Positions 1 to 14,332 of a stretch of 64,000 nt of DNA are shown here, in pieces. Positions within the stretch are counted from its first letter, which is position 1. Each line of letters opens with the position of its first letter. The position numbers and the translations under genes were made by a program. Source of the stretch: Botryllus schlosseri (Eukaryota). Location: contig CM119371.1 of assembly GCA_051294905.1 (NCBI GenBank), forward strand, positions 17,548,001-17,612,000, given 5' to 3'. Under the pieces are notes generated by a model, which was given only the letters and a program-made list of their open reading frames with translations, did no database searches and had not been told where the DNA came from.

Positions 1-12
1 CATCAACGGGTC

Positions 13-383
13 GCGGGGAAGCGAGTGGCGTAGTGTGCAAAGCGACACCTTCACGACACCAATGGGTGTTGGTTCGAGCCTCGGCTCTACCCAGTTTTTA
101 TGTGTCGGAGGTATATCTGGGCTCCTCATCGCCGACCTCACTGCCATTGCAGTGACTTGAAAAGCCCATAAAGTACAGTAAGTCGAGCTTGAAAGTCGGC
201 AGCCAAGATCCGATGAATGAATGAGTGTGGAAGAGAGAGAGAGACTGAATCGTGGTAGCAGGAGAAGTCGCCAAAAGAAGAAAAAATGCATTGAACTGTT
301 GAATTGCCATTCTGCCATTGTCGTGGAGCACAAAGCCTCATAAGGCTATAAGCACCACTGTCTTATCTCATCAATACAATGCA
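13..383 (+). mobile_element. tRNA-derived SINE
   Basis: Pol III A-box-like TGGCGTAGTGTG and B-box GGTTCGAGCC near the 5' end; short CAAT-type tail; 11-bp direct repeat ATCAACGGGTC at 2-12 and 384-394 (TSD). Confidence 0.8.
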
Positions 384-1679
384 ATCAACGGGTCATGTTT
401 AACCATCGTAAACAAGTAATGTCACGTATTAGGTAATCTTCCACTGCGTCGTAAATTTGAAAGTGATGTAATAGCGAAGTTCGATGAGCATTCTCTCGCT
501 TCTGGAGTTGTTATAGAGAGAATTTCAAGTTATCAAATTAAAAAAAGAATTGTAGTTAAATATTGTCGAATGCTTCGAAATCCAAAATGCCGTCGCGTGT
601 TTGAGACCTCTGGTGTAAATGATCAATGATCATAGTAGTCGAAACACACCATGAATACATCAAACAAACAAACGAGCGAAGCTAGAGGATCACTGGATTC
701 AACTTCAACCAAAACTCACTCATTCTGTGCGAAAACAACCCAGGTTTGATGATAGATGATTTCAAAAAAACAATATCTGATCTGTTGCTGTTGTACGCTA
801 ACCGTCATGTCCCTAACGAATGCCAGAATGTGAATAATTTCTTAAAATGGAAAAAAAAATCTTACAGAATAAATCTGACGTGATAGAGAAATTCTGAGCA
901 CATAATCGGCTTCAGCAACCGTAAATTAGCCTATATCAATCATTACAAATTTTCGCACAGTATTTTCTGAAATTTGTAAACCGGTGTTATTGACAATGCT
1001 GAGTGCTTAGTGTTTACTATATAAATTGCAGGGTGAGTCTATGCGACTAACGCAATGATTGATGACGTGTCAAGAAGGTTCAATCTTGGTAAGAAGATTA
1101 AAAAGTTACTGTTATAACAAATTCGATATCTCATGAAAATGTCACGCATCAAAGTGACCCAAACGGAGCGCCAAACTACTTTTGAGTTTTCAAAATCCAA
1201 TGCATAAATTGTTTTTGAGGTATTCATAGTATGTGTCGTCTACTATGTTCAGTTACACCAGGCCATTTTTATTAACTTTTTATCCGTAGCTGCTGACTTA
1301 AACCACGGTCTGCTTGTAGGCTTTTCTGAGACACCGCTTACACGGCCGAAATGGCTAGCGCGTAAAATATCAGTTATTACGCACAAAAACTGTTCAGGTA
1401 GAAGTGAAAGCTGAGTAAAATCAAAAGCATTTCGGTAAGTACTCCAAGTAGGCAAAGGTACTTGAATAATGTGAAACGTAGAAGCACCTCATTTTCTGAT
1501 GTGGCGAGCAATGAAGTACTTCTAATTTTTCAGAGCACTCAAATAAAGTTTGCCTATACTTGCATTACTTACTCAACTGGTGATGTTTTAAGACTACTTC
1601 TTCTATTACTTAAACAGTTTTTCCACCAGACTGCTTACTTGTTACAATTTGAATTCTCAATAGTAGAAAGTAGTATACA

Positions 1680-3270
1680 AACCACCCAAAAAAAAAATTT
1701 TTGAGCCGATTTTTTGATATTTTTATCTCATATTCCTTAGTAAAACATATTTTTGACATTTCTTGCCACAAGTATTGCTGAACAATGTCATTTCAAGCTT
1801 TATTCACATTCCGCACACTGTATCTCAAGCTCTTTTCCTAAATTCCCCTTTAACAGTGACCTCACTATGGTCCAGCATTCCATTCGTAATAGTTGGTTGT
1901 TAGTAACAATAATGTTCTCTAACTCAATCAGGGAACATTGGCCCCGGCAAGCTTTATAGAATTTATTTACTCCTTGTACTGTGAATGCACGTATCCCGAT
2001 CGTGGATCTCGTCAGTTCAATCTCATCAATACTGTCAGGATCATCATATTGGAACAAGTGAAATACCAACTAAAGATAGTAGTAAGGTTTTGTTATAACA
2101 TTTTTTTCTCATGAAAACTGGAGATCAAGTTCAAAATTTGTCATTTCATGTGATCTCATGCTGGACACGCCGATGAAATTTGGATGGTTGGCTTATTGGA
2201 GAGCAATGTGTAAAGTTTCTCCTTGAAAGTATTTCCGATAAGCCCGATAAAACTGGTAACTCGCTCAACATTTGAAAATGATTGACTTCTTGAAAGATAG
2301 CAAGGAGGTTATGCAGAACATTATTGTTTCATTGTTTATGATACTCGCAAGCTGACACTGCATAATTTCTTATTCGGCGTACAAACGTACATATATTGTT
2401 TTGAGAGTAATATTGTTCAGTATCAGCTCAAAAATCCCATAAACAATGAAAACAAACTATGTTCTGTATATCCTCTTCGAAATACTTCCAAGAAGCCAAT
2501 CACTTTAAAATCGCGGCAAAGTTATCAGCTGTATATCTGTCATAGTTAATACTTTCTTTTGAAATATCTGCCACTCGCTTCGGTCATGGGCGATCCCTAT
2601 TTTTTCGAAAAGGTTGTCAATATTGCTGTATAGGCAGAGAGTACCTGCTGCAGAAAAAAATACCTTGAAAATCGTTCAGGTCTTTTTCTCTCTGAACGAC
2701 GCATAAAACCAGCAAGCTCCCTAGTTTCAACCTTGAAGTCAAAAGTACCGCATTTGATAAGTGTTTTGGAGCTTCAAGAGGAGCTTTGTAGTTCTTCAAA
2801 CCATGAAATGTCCCCATACAGATAGCCCATAACAGACATCTATAATGTTCGGGGTTCCCATCAGATTATTCAATAACAGATGACATTGAATATCGGTTTT
2901 CCCTAAGTCAACCGTCCAAATTTCGTGTTTCGCAGATCACATGTAATGCACAGATTTATATTGGTCTCCCGTTTCCCAAATGTCATGGTAAAGTTATAAC
3001 AAATGCTCACTTCAATCCATATTTTGTATTTCACGGGTGTCAAACTAATAACTAAACCGAAGAACTAACAAAAACAACCAGCAAGCAGATCACATTGATG
3101 ATGTTGACATTAATTATGAGATTAAACACGCTAGATTCACAATCCTGATCATGAAAACGGGGTGCGGAATGTTTAAAAAGCTTAAAATGACATTTTTGAA
3201 TGACATTTGTTGCAAAAAAGAATTATGGTATAGGAAATATCAAAAAACGGGTCAACTAATTTTTGGTGTC
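1680..3270 (-). mobile_element. Degenerate TIR DNA transposon with broken coding remnants (family unassigned)
   Basis: Imperfect inverted ends (CACCCAAAAA..TTTTGAGCCGATTTTTTGATATTT vs AAATATCAAAAAACGGGTCAACTAATTTTTGGTG); protein-like ORF fragments on - (1800-2069, 2617-2817); no clear TSD. Confidence 0.4.
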
Positions 3271-4154
3271 AGGGTGTTATTACCGGGAGATATATGGTAA
3301 AACGAGAAATCAGAAAAATTGATATTTCTCGGTGACTAGGGACACTTCAGAAAACAATTTTGTCATTTAGTGATTAGTTTAGAATAGTAAAACACAATAT
3401 GTAACAATTTTGTCCGAGATAAATATTTTTCAAAATTTTGTTACATGTAACCAGTATCCAGAGGTAGTGATTGAGGGCGTACTTTTACTTGTCACAGTAT
3501 TTCCAGTTTATTTTTTCTACTTGAACCATCTACTTGTATGGTTATGATTTAATATTACTTTTTCTTTTATTTTACAGTTCCAATTCTTTAGGCGAATCCA
3601 GAGAAGAGATACTTTACTTTTTCACTCAGATCGCTATTTCTACTTGAGTAACAATTGACGGCTCTGCTTATGTCATACGTCTGTAAAATACACTGAATAA
3701 TTATGGTTCCAGGTTAACAAGAAACCATAATCAGAATACGAGTAAAACCAATGTAGTATATGCATATGTATGGTCAAATATATCTAACGAATCACCATTA
3801 AACTGTAACTATATGAAGAATCATTTCACAGCGTGATCATAATCTCAATTCCGTCATCTTGCCTCATGAAACAAATATTATTTCAGATACGCAAGATATT
3901 GGTAGATTGCACAAAAGAAGAAAAAATCGATTGGGATTTGATTGAAACTTCTTGGATAAAGTATCAAGTACGATTTTTCATTCGATTTTCAAAATTTTAT
4001 TGAACTCATTTATATTTCCCTATCATTGAATCTAACATCGAAACGAATTATCCTTTCGGCGGCTATCTTTAATGTTAGGAAATAGCTGTTTTAAATCAAA
4101 TTTAGTTTTTTCCATAATATCAAAACTTATCAACATATCTCTTTCACATTTGAG

Positions 4155-4322
4155 ATGGAGGTCCTGGATACTGCTGTGAATGGCCAGATTTCAGTTGACG
4201 AATACAACCAAATTTTGGAGCACGGAAGAGCAATTTCCGGTTTTGTCAATATTCATGTGATTTTCAAGGTTGCGAAAGAAGATGATTTCAGGAATACTTT
4301 AAAAGCTTGCCAGCAAAAGAAG
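4155..4322 (+). CDS. Internal exon of an unknown multi-exon gene (MEVLDTAVNG...KACQQKK)
   Basis: Pyrimidine-rich ..TTTGAG acceptor, 168-bp open frame, AAG|GTAGTA donor; phase 0 matches the exon at 5546. Confidence 0.5.
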
Positions 4323-4500
4323 GTAGTACTCATAATCTGGTATCGGTTGCATTGGACGTTCTTGTCCCATCATCGCACCTTCATCATCAAATTAAGTCGT
4401 GTATTACGAGTCCCCTTGACATGAATTATCTTATATTCCTTGTCCTAGACATCCACTGCAGTCGTGCAGTTCGTGATTCCTGGTTATAGGTTTTCGATGG

Positions 4501-5438
4501 CATTGGTTCACCACCAGGGATCCGCGATGCATTTTTAGGGGGGTCCGCGAAGAATTTTCAGGGAGTCCGCGAAACCTCTAATGTTGTAAAATGATTTATA
4601 ACCTATAATTAGTATTTTTCTTTAATGAGAGAAAGCGTGAGACAGTTCCATTTCATAATTGCTGAAACTTCAGGTCTCGCATCAATAAAATGGTTGTCTG
4701 ATTGAAATATCCGATTGTACAAAGTCATTTTCATTGTTAAATCACCGATAGCCTGCCAATGCAAACATATTCCTGCTTAGAGTTGTTTTTTGGGGGTTTG
4801 AGGGAATATTTAATGTTGGAGATAGCAAGGTCAAACTGGGTTTTGAAATGTTTCCAAAACATTTGGGATTTGGAGTTGTCAGTATCAGCAAATTAGTAAA
4901 CAATGGTTTGAAATATGATTTCCTGAATGTTTTTCCTAATCTGTCCCAATGAAGGAATCGCAAACTCGCCACGAAATCCATTTTTTCCTGTGATACAACT
5001 TCACAATGAGATGCTAGATGGAAATGACTAGGCTGGACGTGCTAATGTCATTAAAATCGCACACCAAAAGCTGTTGTCGCAAACGTTTCGCGTTCATATT
5101 ACATTCGCCAGTTGTCACCACCACCTATCTTTGTGGAAATGAATTTTCGGCCCTCTTTCATATCAAATCAAAGACGCCTGTTTCCAAAATAATACCTACA
5201 GGTGTCAAATTAGCTTCGAAATGATATAGGTCTCCCAACGTTCTACATATAGTGTGGTGTTATTTTCAAGAAAAGTAATTTTGCGGCTGTTTATCGCTAG
5301 CCTGCAATTAATATTTGCACAAATCAGATGACGGTTGCACAATAGTTGAGCTAATTTTGAACGAAAACTTAAAGGGGTCCGTAGGGGTCCGTGACGGTCC
5401 ATAAGGGGTCCGCGAAGACAAAAAGGTTGAGAACCGCT
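4501..5438. mobile_element. Buster/Charlie-type hAT non-autonomous element
   Basis: Right end AAAAGGTTGAGAACCGCTG; GGGGTCCGCG subterminal motifs at both ends; left terminus degenerate and TSD not resolved. Confidence 0.6.
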
Positions 5439-5545
5439 GATCTAGAGAATCTTGTAACACATCATGGCCACTGGTGAAATGGCCAACAATAGCGGCCAGC
5501 ATCATTGTAATACTCAATAATCATAGAAGTATTTTTTCTCTGCAG

Positions 5546-5744
5546 ATCGAATATATCAGATGCATTTTCAACCATGGATGTCGAGCTTCACTCCATGAGA
5601 TTTCATCTCTTCTCAGAGACAATGCTCATTTGAAAAAAGTATCATTGATATACTTCTGGAAAACTGATATTTTGAAAGGAAGCGAATTGCAGAAAGCCCA
5701 GACGATTGCAAATGCTCTCGATACTGGTTTGGAAGTTTTAGAAT
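5546..5744 (+). CDS. Internal exon of the same gene; weakly LRR-like (IEYIRCIF...LLRDNAHLKKVSLIYF...LEVLE)
   Basis: Strong acceptor TTTTTTCTCTGCAG, open frame, strong donor GAAT|GTGAGT; LxxNxxLKKVSL resembles a degenerate leucine-rich repeat. Confidence 0.55.
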
Positions 5745-5788
5745 GTGAGTCATTGAGTGGTTTCATTGTATTTTGAATACGTTATAAC

Positions 5789-6663
5789 TAGGGCAATTTT
5801 TTTTACCTACAAAACGGAAGATTTTGACCTGAAAAATCTAAATTTTGACCTTTTTTGACGTAAAAAAACTGAAATTTGACCAAATTTTGACCTCGCGTAT
5901 GCAAATTAGGTGTTTTCGCATTAAATGTTAAAATTGTACTACTTATCTTCATTTCTGGTTGAAACTGTCTGTCCTTACAAAGTAGATTGGCCTGAAAAAT
6001 CGTTTTTGGCTCAAAAACTGACCTATTTTTACATGAAAAACTAGTATTTTAACGAAATCTGGCCCTATGAAGAATTCCAGAAGTTACATTACGTATTCTG
6101 GTGGAAATAATTAAAATTTGCTGTAGTACAATGAAAGATCCTTTCCTACATTCTCGGGTAGAAAGTGTCTGTCCTTACTACGTAGCTTGCCAAGAACGGA
6201 GAAAGAACGTTCAACAGCAGCATTTGTTGGCTGACAACACTGAAGTTGTGTGCACACTGCTGGTGACAAACCGTGTTGCTTCATTCTGACAATGTTGTCT
6301 ATATCACAATTTTTCAGCTTGAGCTTCTTGATATAAGAACCATGCAATGTCCAAGCAGTCTTGCTTCAGCTAGGATATTGCGGTACGTTGACCATAAAAC
6401 CATGTCACTATTTGTTTCATTTGACCATTTATGATTCACGATGAGCAGACGATGGTCCGTTTACAACGGTAGGCCTATAAAGCAGGCTACAAGCTGTAAA
6501 ATATCAAATGATAAGTTCACCGACAGCGCAAAATCCACGATACAAACGAAATGCAGAGGTCATAAAATGTTTGACTTTGTAAGCAATTTTGACAAATTTT
6601 TACCTAACGCTACAATTTTGACCTAATTTTGACTTTTTTGACATGTCAAAAAAAATTGCCCTA
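5789..6663 (-). mobile_element. hAT element (TAGGG termini) with transposase C-terminal remnant
   Basis: TIR TAGGGCAATTTTTTT/AAAAAAATTGCCCTA; perfect 8-bp TSD GTTATAAC; ORF 6111-6347(-) has the hAT dimerisation motif PTNAAVERSFSVLGKL..KDRHF. Confidence 0.9.
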
Positions 6664-7914
6664 GTTATAACATGTATATTAAATATGCGCCATCGTTTTG
6701 CATGAAATGCTCATTTGCGCAACAGACCTAAAGCGTTACTGACGGAGCTACATATATTGTGGCAATAATTCTATGTATGACGTAGCGTCGTCACCACGTT
6801 TACCTGATAACGCACTGTATTAGTGAATTTCAGTTCAATTTGTACTTGACAATATGAAGTATGCAATAATTGGTATTTCAGCATTGAAAACCTGTTGACG
6901 TAGAATTGGTAAACAAACATAGCTAATTGAGTATGTGAACGAATCGATATAACCTACTTAGGTAGCACAGAAAAGTAGATGTACTTTGCTGCTTGATACT
7001 TATAGTTTTTTGGGGAGTGATAATGATACATCGGGCTTGATACGGGATGATGAGTCCAAACAGTTCATGAACGGTTTTCATGTACTTTTATAAGTATTGG
7101 ACGATATTTATCACATGTTGTGGTTTTTTTGGGACATCTGGTGACCATGATGACTCTGTTTGGTTCTTGAAGTTGCAAGCATTGATGATCAGAAGTGCCC
7201 AAAACAGTCGGAGTTAACACTAAAGTAGAATATATGTATCGCCGTACGCTACTGCGAAATTAAAATTAGACGTAGTAATTTTCAAGTAATATCAAATTAC
7301 TTAAAGGGAAAATATATTTAGGCAGCTACCGTGATACAGGGGTTATTTTTGTGGCTCCTGTCGCACTCTCCCTGACACAAATGACGCTAACTCACCCTGA
7401 ACTACTTGAAACTTTTCAAAACCAATGTTGAATAAGTAAGTAGGTTTGTCTAGCAACTGTTACAAGTAGAAATGGAATTAGTTCAAAATTGTAACAACTT
7501 GTTTTAGCTAGACAAGTAGGCAACATTACTTGAGTGGTATGATAAAGTAGAAGTAATCCTTTACTGAACACATTTCTGACCGATCTGTGCTTTTATGTCA
7601 TACCGCATCTCACTTATCATATTGGCAGTGATGCGTAACATTTCATTATTGGATGGTACCGTCACTGGAATGTGAAAAACATGAATTCACGTTGATGTAC
7701 GTTGTGCATTCTTCAAATATAAATGAATGAATACGGGATTATTTTATTCGATTTACCCATGCAAAAACCGGAACGTGGCGAGATAGCGAAGTGGTAAAAT
7801 TCGCGGCATCAACACCAATGTGTGCGGGTCCGAGTCCGACTGAGGTCGTCTTCCGAATTCCTATACCTAAGTGTTGGGGGTCTATCAAGGTCCCTCCTCG
7901 TGACGACATTCGCG

Positions 7915-8040
7915 TAAGCGGTGTCTTGCAAAAAGCCTCTAAGTGGGCCGTGCGTAAGTCGGCAGTTACGGAAAAAATTGAATAATATCGGCCTGGTGTA
8001 GATTCTCATAGTAGTCTACAGACACCATGAATACTACCAA
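7915..8040 (+). repeat. Dispersed repeat (transposon end) TAAGCGGTGTCT..AAAAGCCT..TAGTAGTC..ACACCATGA
   Basis: Related copies at ~612-660(+), ~1200-1340(-) and ~45653-45790(+). Confidence 0.6.
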
Positions 8041-8414
8041 AAAAATTTGAAATATACGAGTTAATATTCATTTCGATAAAGTGACGAAAATGTTTATCGA
8101 ATGTAAATGTATGTGATTTAAATTGATTTGTCACGATGAAAATTGTCACCATGAAAATTGTTGAAAATCGTAGATGGCATCATAATGCATTTAATTCCTC
8201 AATTCACTTCCCTACGAGATGACCGTAACACATTAAATGAGCACTGCACTCGAAATATGATGCTGTCTCAAATGAAAGTTAACAGTGTGAAAATCGTTTT
8301 GACAGCAGAAATTTTCCGTGGAAAGTCAAACTAGAAAAAATTATTGTCACGATTCGTACTGTTCCACCTCATATAGCTCTTTGCTTTTGAGGTAAACTGC
8401 CATCTCTTCTACGC

Positions 8415-8922
8415 CAGACTTGGACAACTTAATTCTAGTTTTCCAATTTCACTAAATTAGAGCGAAATGCCAGTAATCTAATTTTAATCTAATTTGTGAA
8501 ATGTTTCTTTTCTCTAATCCTAATTATAATCTAGTTTGTGAAATGTTTCTTTTCTCTAATTCTAATTATAATCTAATTTGTGAAATGTTTCGTTGCTCTA
8601 ATTCTAATTTTATTCTAATTTGTGGAATGTTTCTATTCTCTAATTCTAATTCTAATCTAATTTGTAAAATGTTTAGTTGCTCTAATTATAATTATAATAT
8701 AATTTGTAAAATGTTTGGTTGCTCTAATTATAATTATAATCTAATTTGTGAAATGTTTCGTTGCTCTGATTCTAATTCTAATCTAATTTGTGAAAAAATG
8801 ATAAAAAAAATTGTGGAGCTCTAATTCTAATTATAATCTAATTTTGAAAAAAACTGTGGAGCTCTAATTCTAATTCTGATCTAATTTAGAAAAGTTGAAA
8901 CTTTTCTAGTTGTCCAAGTCTG
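8415..8922. mobile_element. hAT-like MITE carrying a 39-bp minisatellite
   Basis: TIR CAGACTTGGACAACT/AGTTGTCCAAGTCTG; degenerate 8-bp TSD TTCTACGC/TTTTACAC; internal ~39-bp units (TAATTCTAATTATAATCTAATTTGTGAAATGTTT..). Relatives at 35345, 39694-41322 and ~49130-49270. Confidence 0.8.
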
Positions 8923-9579
8923 TTTTACACACTTCTCAAAATTTCTACAATGCATTTCTTCACTACTACGCTTTCTCGACGTGATCGTCACATATAACGA
9001 ATTTTCGATCGTTGGAAGTTGATATTATGGAGGAATGGTGTTGTAGGAACGACGTTGGTGTAGTTACGGTATGCATCGATTAGGATTAGGATTGAAACAC
9101 TGATTTGATGGCGGGAATGATTGGAAGCTGGACTGGATCATGACATTTCTCATAACCTTTCATTCCATGCAACTTTTTGATCATGTCGAAGCCACTACAA
9201 AATTAAACTAGTATATACGCGCGTAAGAAAATGAAATCTGGATTTATATTTGGACTTGGGATTGAAACTCCACTATTATGACACAGGATTTGGATTATTG
9301 AATATTTGATGAGGGCAGGTTTCGTACGCCTACTGTACTTATCGTTACGAAACAGCCGTGTATCTTAGGACTCAAGTTTTTCATTTTTTTTGCTTTTTTC
9401 AGCTCGCTTCAAGGCCGATGACTGTTTCAGATATTACGCAATATGTTTAGCAACATAATAGGATGCATAAATCTTTTACCAACAAATATTGTATAGTTTG
9501 AAAATTTTCTCTCATTTTAGTGAAACGAGAAAGGGATGCATGGCAGCAGCTCGACATCGAATTTTGGGCGAGGTGAGTA

Positions 9580-10399
9580 GGGGAGATATGGTACTCATGA
9601 GACAGTGGGATCAAAAATTCTTGAAGCATTTTGTGTGATAATCCAGTGATTACAGTGCGCGAATTTGTCTGCGATTGCATGCTGGCAGAATCTTTTCTCA
9701 AATGCAAAAAATTGACCTACGTGAGTTAGTGGGTCTGTGACAGATGATTTTTGTTTTGGGGGTGCAAAGTAAATTTGGATCGACGTCTACATTTTTCTAT
9801 AGAACCTTCCACACTAACAAACCAGCCGTAATTTTTAATATGAAGTGTAGGGCTTCTATCATGGTATATAATGCAACATATTTTTTAATTCAATACCAAC
9901 CTCGAGTGGACTATTTTTGATTCAATTACGATATTTGTAGGGTGGGGCCCATGGTACCTTAGCCAAACCAAGCAAAATAGTTGGATCAACTAATCACGTA
10001 ACAACAGAAACACGCCTACACATATAGCGGCCGCAAATCATAGTTACCTCTGGTGTTTTATCGCCATAATGAGGTATTTAATCGTCAAAATGTCGATTTA
10101 CGGGTAATATTATGTGCCATTGATTCTGTAAGTTTGGGCGTAAATCGAAACGTGATTTTACGCCAACATTTGAGTTGATAAATCTATTTTATTCTTGAAG
10201 TTGATGACGAAACATTCTTCATTGGCTGGCTGTAGCTTAGATTACAGTACACAACAAAACAAGATGAAAAATTAGAGTTTTTGAGCGTATGTCTCATAGG
10301 TCCCAGGGACGTGTGCCTTTGGACCCACCGGGTGGGGACCGATGATATGTTCGAGCAACAAATTTTGCAATTTTTCATCCATCGTTACCACATCTTCCC
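9580..10399. mobile_element. TA-flanked TIR element, copy 1
   Basis: TA|GGGGAGATATGGTAC...GTTACCACATCTTCCC|TA; collinear diverged homolog at 29051-29985. Confidence 0.75.
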
Positions 10400-13304
10400 T
10401 AGTTGTTGCGAAGTCTGTCCGTTCTAAAATGGAAGTTGAGATTCTTTCGTCCGTTTTATGGCCTATCCTTCCTCATTAACATGCGATGAGGAAATATTCT
10501 AAATATTTAATTTTATAGCTCTCAAATATAAATATATTTATTTAATCAATTTGACCAAAAAGCTTCAAAGCATTCTCTATGTTCGAAGGGGTCTCACTCT
10601 CGCTTCTCAAATTGGTACAGTGCCCCTTGAATCAGACTTCGAAACGCTGTTGGCTGCGGGATAAATACTTGGTTGAAAATATTTTTTGGAAAATAACCCG
10701 AGGCGTTGTGTTGGTAGTATTTTAACGGGAAATTGACGATCTAAAAATACACACAATTCATTGTACATGAATTACTATAAACCACTGCACACATGGAAAC
10801 ATGTTGCAAACATTTCCGGCATATTTTTCGCGCGTGTCGCGACCAAAAATTTCAAGATATGACAGATTTCTTCGAATTTCAATTTTCATTGAGAACTCAT
10901 GGATACAAAAAACTGGTCCCTACTGCACGCTCTACTGCGACGCCGTGTTCCTTGAGCGCCCCCCATACCACCATCCCCTGAGTCCAACGCCCCCTATATC
11001 GACCCCTGAGTGTTACTGACCCCTTCAAAATCCAAAACGCCCTTTGCGGAACGCTGGCGAGAAGGTTAAGAAACACTGGTTTAGTGAGACAACTAGTTGT
11101 TCAAGTCTGATACCGGTAAGCTTCACCCATTCCTGGACACAGTGATAACGATTCCCTCATTCCTACTTTTATGAATATTCCGCTCATACAGATGATGCTG
11201 ATCCTATAGTGGCGCTACACTAAACTTTCTATCAGGCAAATTCTCCAAGTGGCATTGGTACTCGGCGTTGTTACAAGGCAATTTCCCTAAGCGGTATGTA
11301 AACTTTCAACAAAACCTGTGAGAAATACACCGTCCCAATGCGTCTACCCAAGATATGATTTGTTGCGTGCAAGTTTGTTTTCATGAAATGCGTGTCTGTA
11401 TGTGATGCGTGACGGATAATTGAAATGTGAGCAGACGATTCTTGAAAATCGTTTTGCAACAATAAAAATCAACAATCCACCTATATAATAAATCCAACAT
11501 TTTTGAGCACAGGTCTTCCAAAAAAGTCACATTCGATTTACACAAAGTAATGACGTATATGTGCAAACAGTCCATCTCCAGATCACAGTCCAAATTGTTT
11601 ACAGGAGCTGAAAAGAACGCTGCATATGGAGCAACATTGATCTCGTACAAGTGCAAGCCATTCTTCAAATAAAATTTGAAATAATCCGAAGGAAATGACT
11701 GCATTACATTTTAGTATATAGATTGATTTCAAGACGGATATAATTGTCTTACATGATAAGTTTTTGTCATAATGTACATTTCGTTGTAGCAACCATGGTT
11801 CTGATTCTGAATCATAAGGTCGGAAAATGTCAGAGAATAATTCAGCCTGAATTTATATGTCGAATCAGCGATCGTCCAATCGTCAATATTTTGGCACACG
11901 CTTTTATGTATATTGGTGATGTTACTATATCAATTTAAATATGCATAGTTTTACGATGGTTGTAGAAGACAGTTGTGTACAAATATATATATATCAAAAA
12001 TTACAAAAATAAACTGTTATGAAAATCTTAGATGTGCGGTGTGCAGTGTTAACATTTTGTGTTATGGATTATATTGGGAGTCAAATAATAATAAAAATGA
12101 AAAGAAATATGTATAAAATATAATATTTTGGTCAAAGGAAATGTAGATAGTGAATGAGTTCCATTGCAGTGTCAATTATGCATGTTTCTCTATGTTTCAT
12201 CAACATTTGTGATATTTATCTATATTTTTAGTTGCTTTCTGTAGTAGACCGCTGGCATGGCGCAATTGTGGCTTATGGGCGCGGTCGCATGGGGCCGTGA
12301 AACCCGTGGTGGATTGGCGTACTTTCAGCAAAAAAGGTGTGAAATAGTTTGCTTAATCTAGGAATCACTCGCGTGGTAATATGTTGGTAATTAGTTTACC
12401 ACAGAGCCGTCGTAGACGGTGATTTGAATACCAACAATCAGTAACTCGCAGAACTGGATTTCACTGTTAATATTTAATAAGTAACGAATAACAGAAATGA
12501 CGCAGACGGTGATACCGAATACCGAATACCGACAAATTCTTACTTATTTCTGCTGTAACCCTAATACTTTGCGAAGTTAACTCTTATTTAAAAAGGTGTG
12601 AAATAATTTTAAAATCCTACGACCGCTCACAGGATAATGCTTCAGACATAGCGATCCCTCGTGATTTGGTGTTACAGACATACCGATCGCTCACAAGGTA
12701 ATAATTTGGTGATTAGTCTGTCACAGAACCGACATAGACGGTTCTTCGTTTTCACACCCTTGGAATAGTGGTCGACTTTAGTTGCGTGATTTGAATCATG
12801 AGAATATTTAATCTATATGTTAATTCGTCAACTTGAAATGAAACTTACTACACAACTCAAGTTGATTCGTATCTGAATGTGTTAATTCGGTAAAACTCTA
12901 ATCCTTTGAGAAATCCTTTTAACGTGATCTGTTGATTCGAACGTAACCTGAATATTACTGACGCCGACTTTCAGCCTCATCGAATTTTTCGCACATTCCG
13001 CGCCTCTGTATTCACACCTATATAATCAATATCCCAACTAGCGCAATAAGAATCAAGAATCACAAGTATACACATACAATAATTGTATTTATTACCGATA
13101 TATCAAACGCTTAACAAAAAACACGCAACTTAGCATTTACCAACTCTAGCGTTACCAAAACAATCAGGTATTGTTGATTGAAAATCCTTGAGTCCTTATT
13201 ATCAAAAATGTTATAGTACGGTATCGGAATCCATTCGCGAGATGTACTAAGGGTAAATTTAGATAATCCAAAATGAAATATTTTGACTTGGACATAGTCT
13301 AAAT

Positions 13305-14332
13305 CAGGGGTCACCAACCTTTTTGCAACCGAGGGCTACTTTTGCGCATTGATTGAAGCGGCGGGCTACTATTTACTCCCGCCGTTTACCCGTACCACAC
13401 TGAATTTCCACTTTGATATTCATAGCACTGGGCAGGACTGGACATCATGTTATCTGTTTCTATAGCAGTCAGTGGTATGATATCAACTAGTGCGCTGTAC
13501 TCTGGTATGTAACTTGACACTGCAATTCTGAGTGACTGCCCCAGATGCGCATTGATTGAGCGTGTTTTGTGTTTGCTTTTGATGAAGTTCATGTCCGAAA
13601 AGGCTGATTCACAACGATAAGTTGGACCATAGACGCTTGCAACCTTCATAGCTGCCGCGCATACACCACTGTAGTTTTCCGTATCAACAATGAACCAAAC
13701 ATCTGATGCAGACTGAGGTGGGGGTCATTTCGCAGTGCTACAATTTCAATCTCCAACTGTTGAGCATCCAGAAATGACAAGATTTCATTATACCGGACAG
13801 CAGCAACGATTACAGAAAGTTAGAAACTGCGTTGAGTGTAGCAGAAACAAGCTGTGCAAAAAGATGCAATGCGTATTGGGTATACATATAATAAAAATCT
13901 GCTAGTACTTCACGGCTATCTGACTCCGAATAGTAATATTGTTTACTACTTTGACCTGTTCGTCGAGCTATCGTAACGGAACCCCCCGCCATTTCAAAAA
14001 GACCGTGGACGGCATTCTGTCAAGTCGCCTTTACTCGCAATGCGCCTTATCTTGAATTTCTGGTGATTCTATCACGTACATCTATATATATTAGGCCTAC
14101 TAATTGTAATAGAAGATATTTTCAAGTGTTAATATATGTAAGTTACATGTGAGTGTGTTTTATACAAGAATAGCTGAATCAATCAATCTATATATTTAAA
14201 AGCTCACTGGTAATAATCTGACGAATATTGGTAAATGCTGCTATTGCACCTATTTTTAAATGGGTTTGCGGGCTACTCATCTAGTCTTCGCGGGCTACCT
14301 GGTGCCCGTGGGCAACGGGTTGGTGACCCCTG
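13305..14332 (-). mobile_element. Buster/Charlie-type hAT deletion derivative
   Basis: TIR CAGGGGTCACCAACC/GGTTGGTGACCCCTG; TSD GTCTAAAT/GTTTAAAT; ORF 13386-13649(-) has the hATC motif YGPTYRCESAFSDMNFIKSKHKTR..HL..SLRIA. Confidence 0.9.

Noticed and set aside
13..95. tRNA genes here and at ~35371 and ~47770
   Set aside because: Only A/B boxes are recognisable, with no clean cloverleaf; each is followed by a SINE body and tail.
8501..8824. 107-aa Cys/Asn repeat ORF; array superficially CRISPR-like
   Set aside because: It is the translation of a 39-bp minisatellite inside a MITE; units are contiguous with no unique spacers and there are no cas genes.
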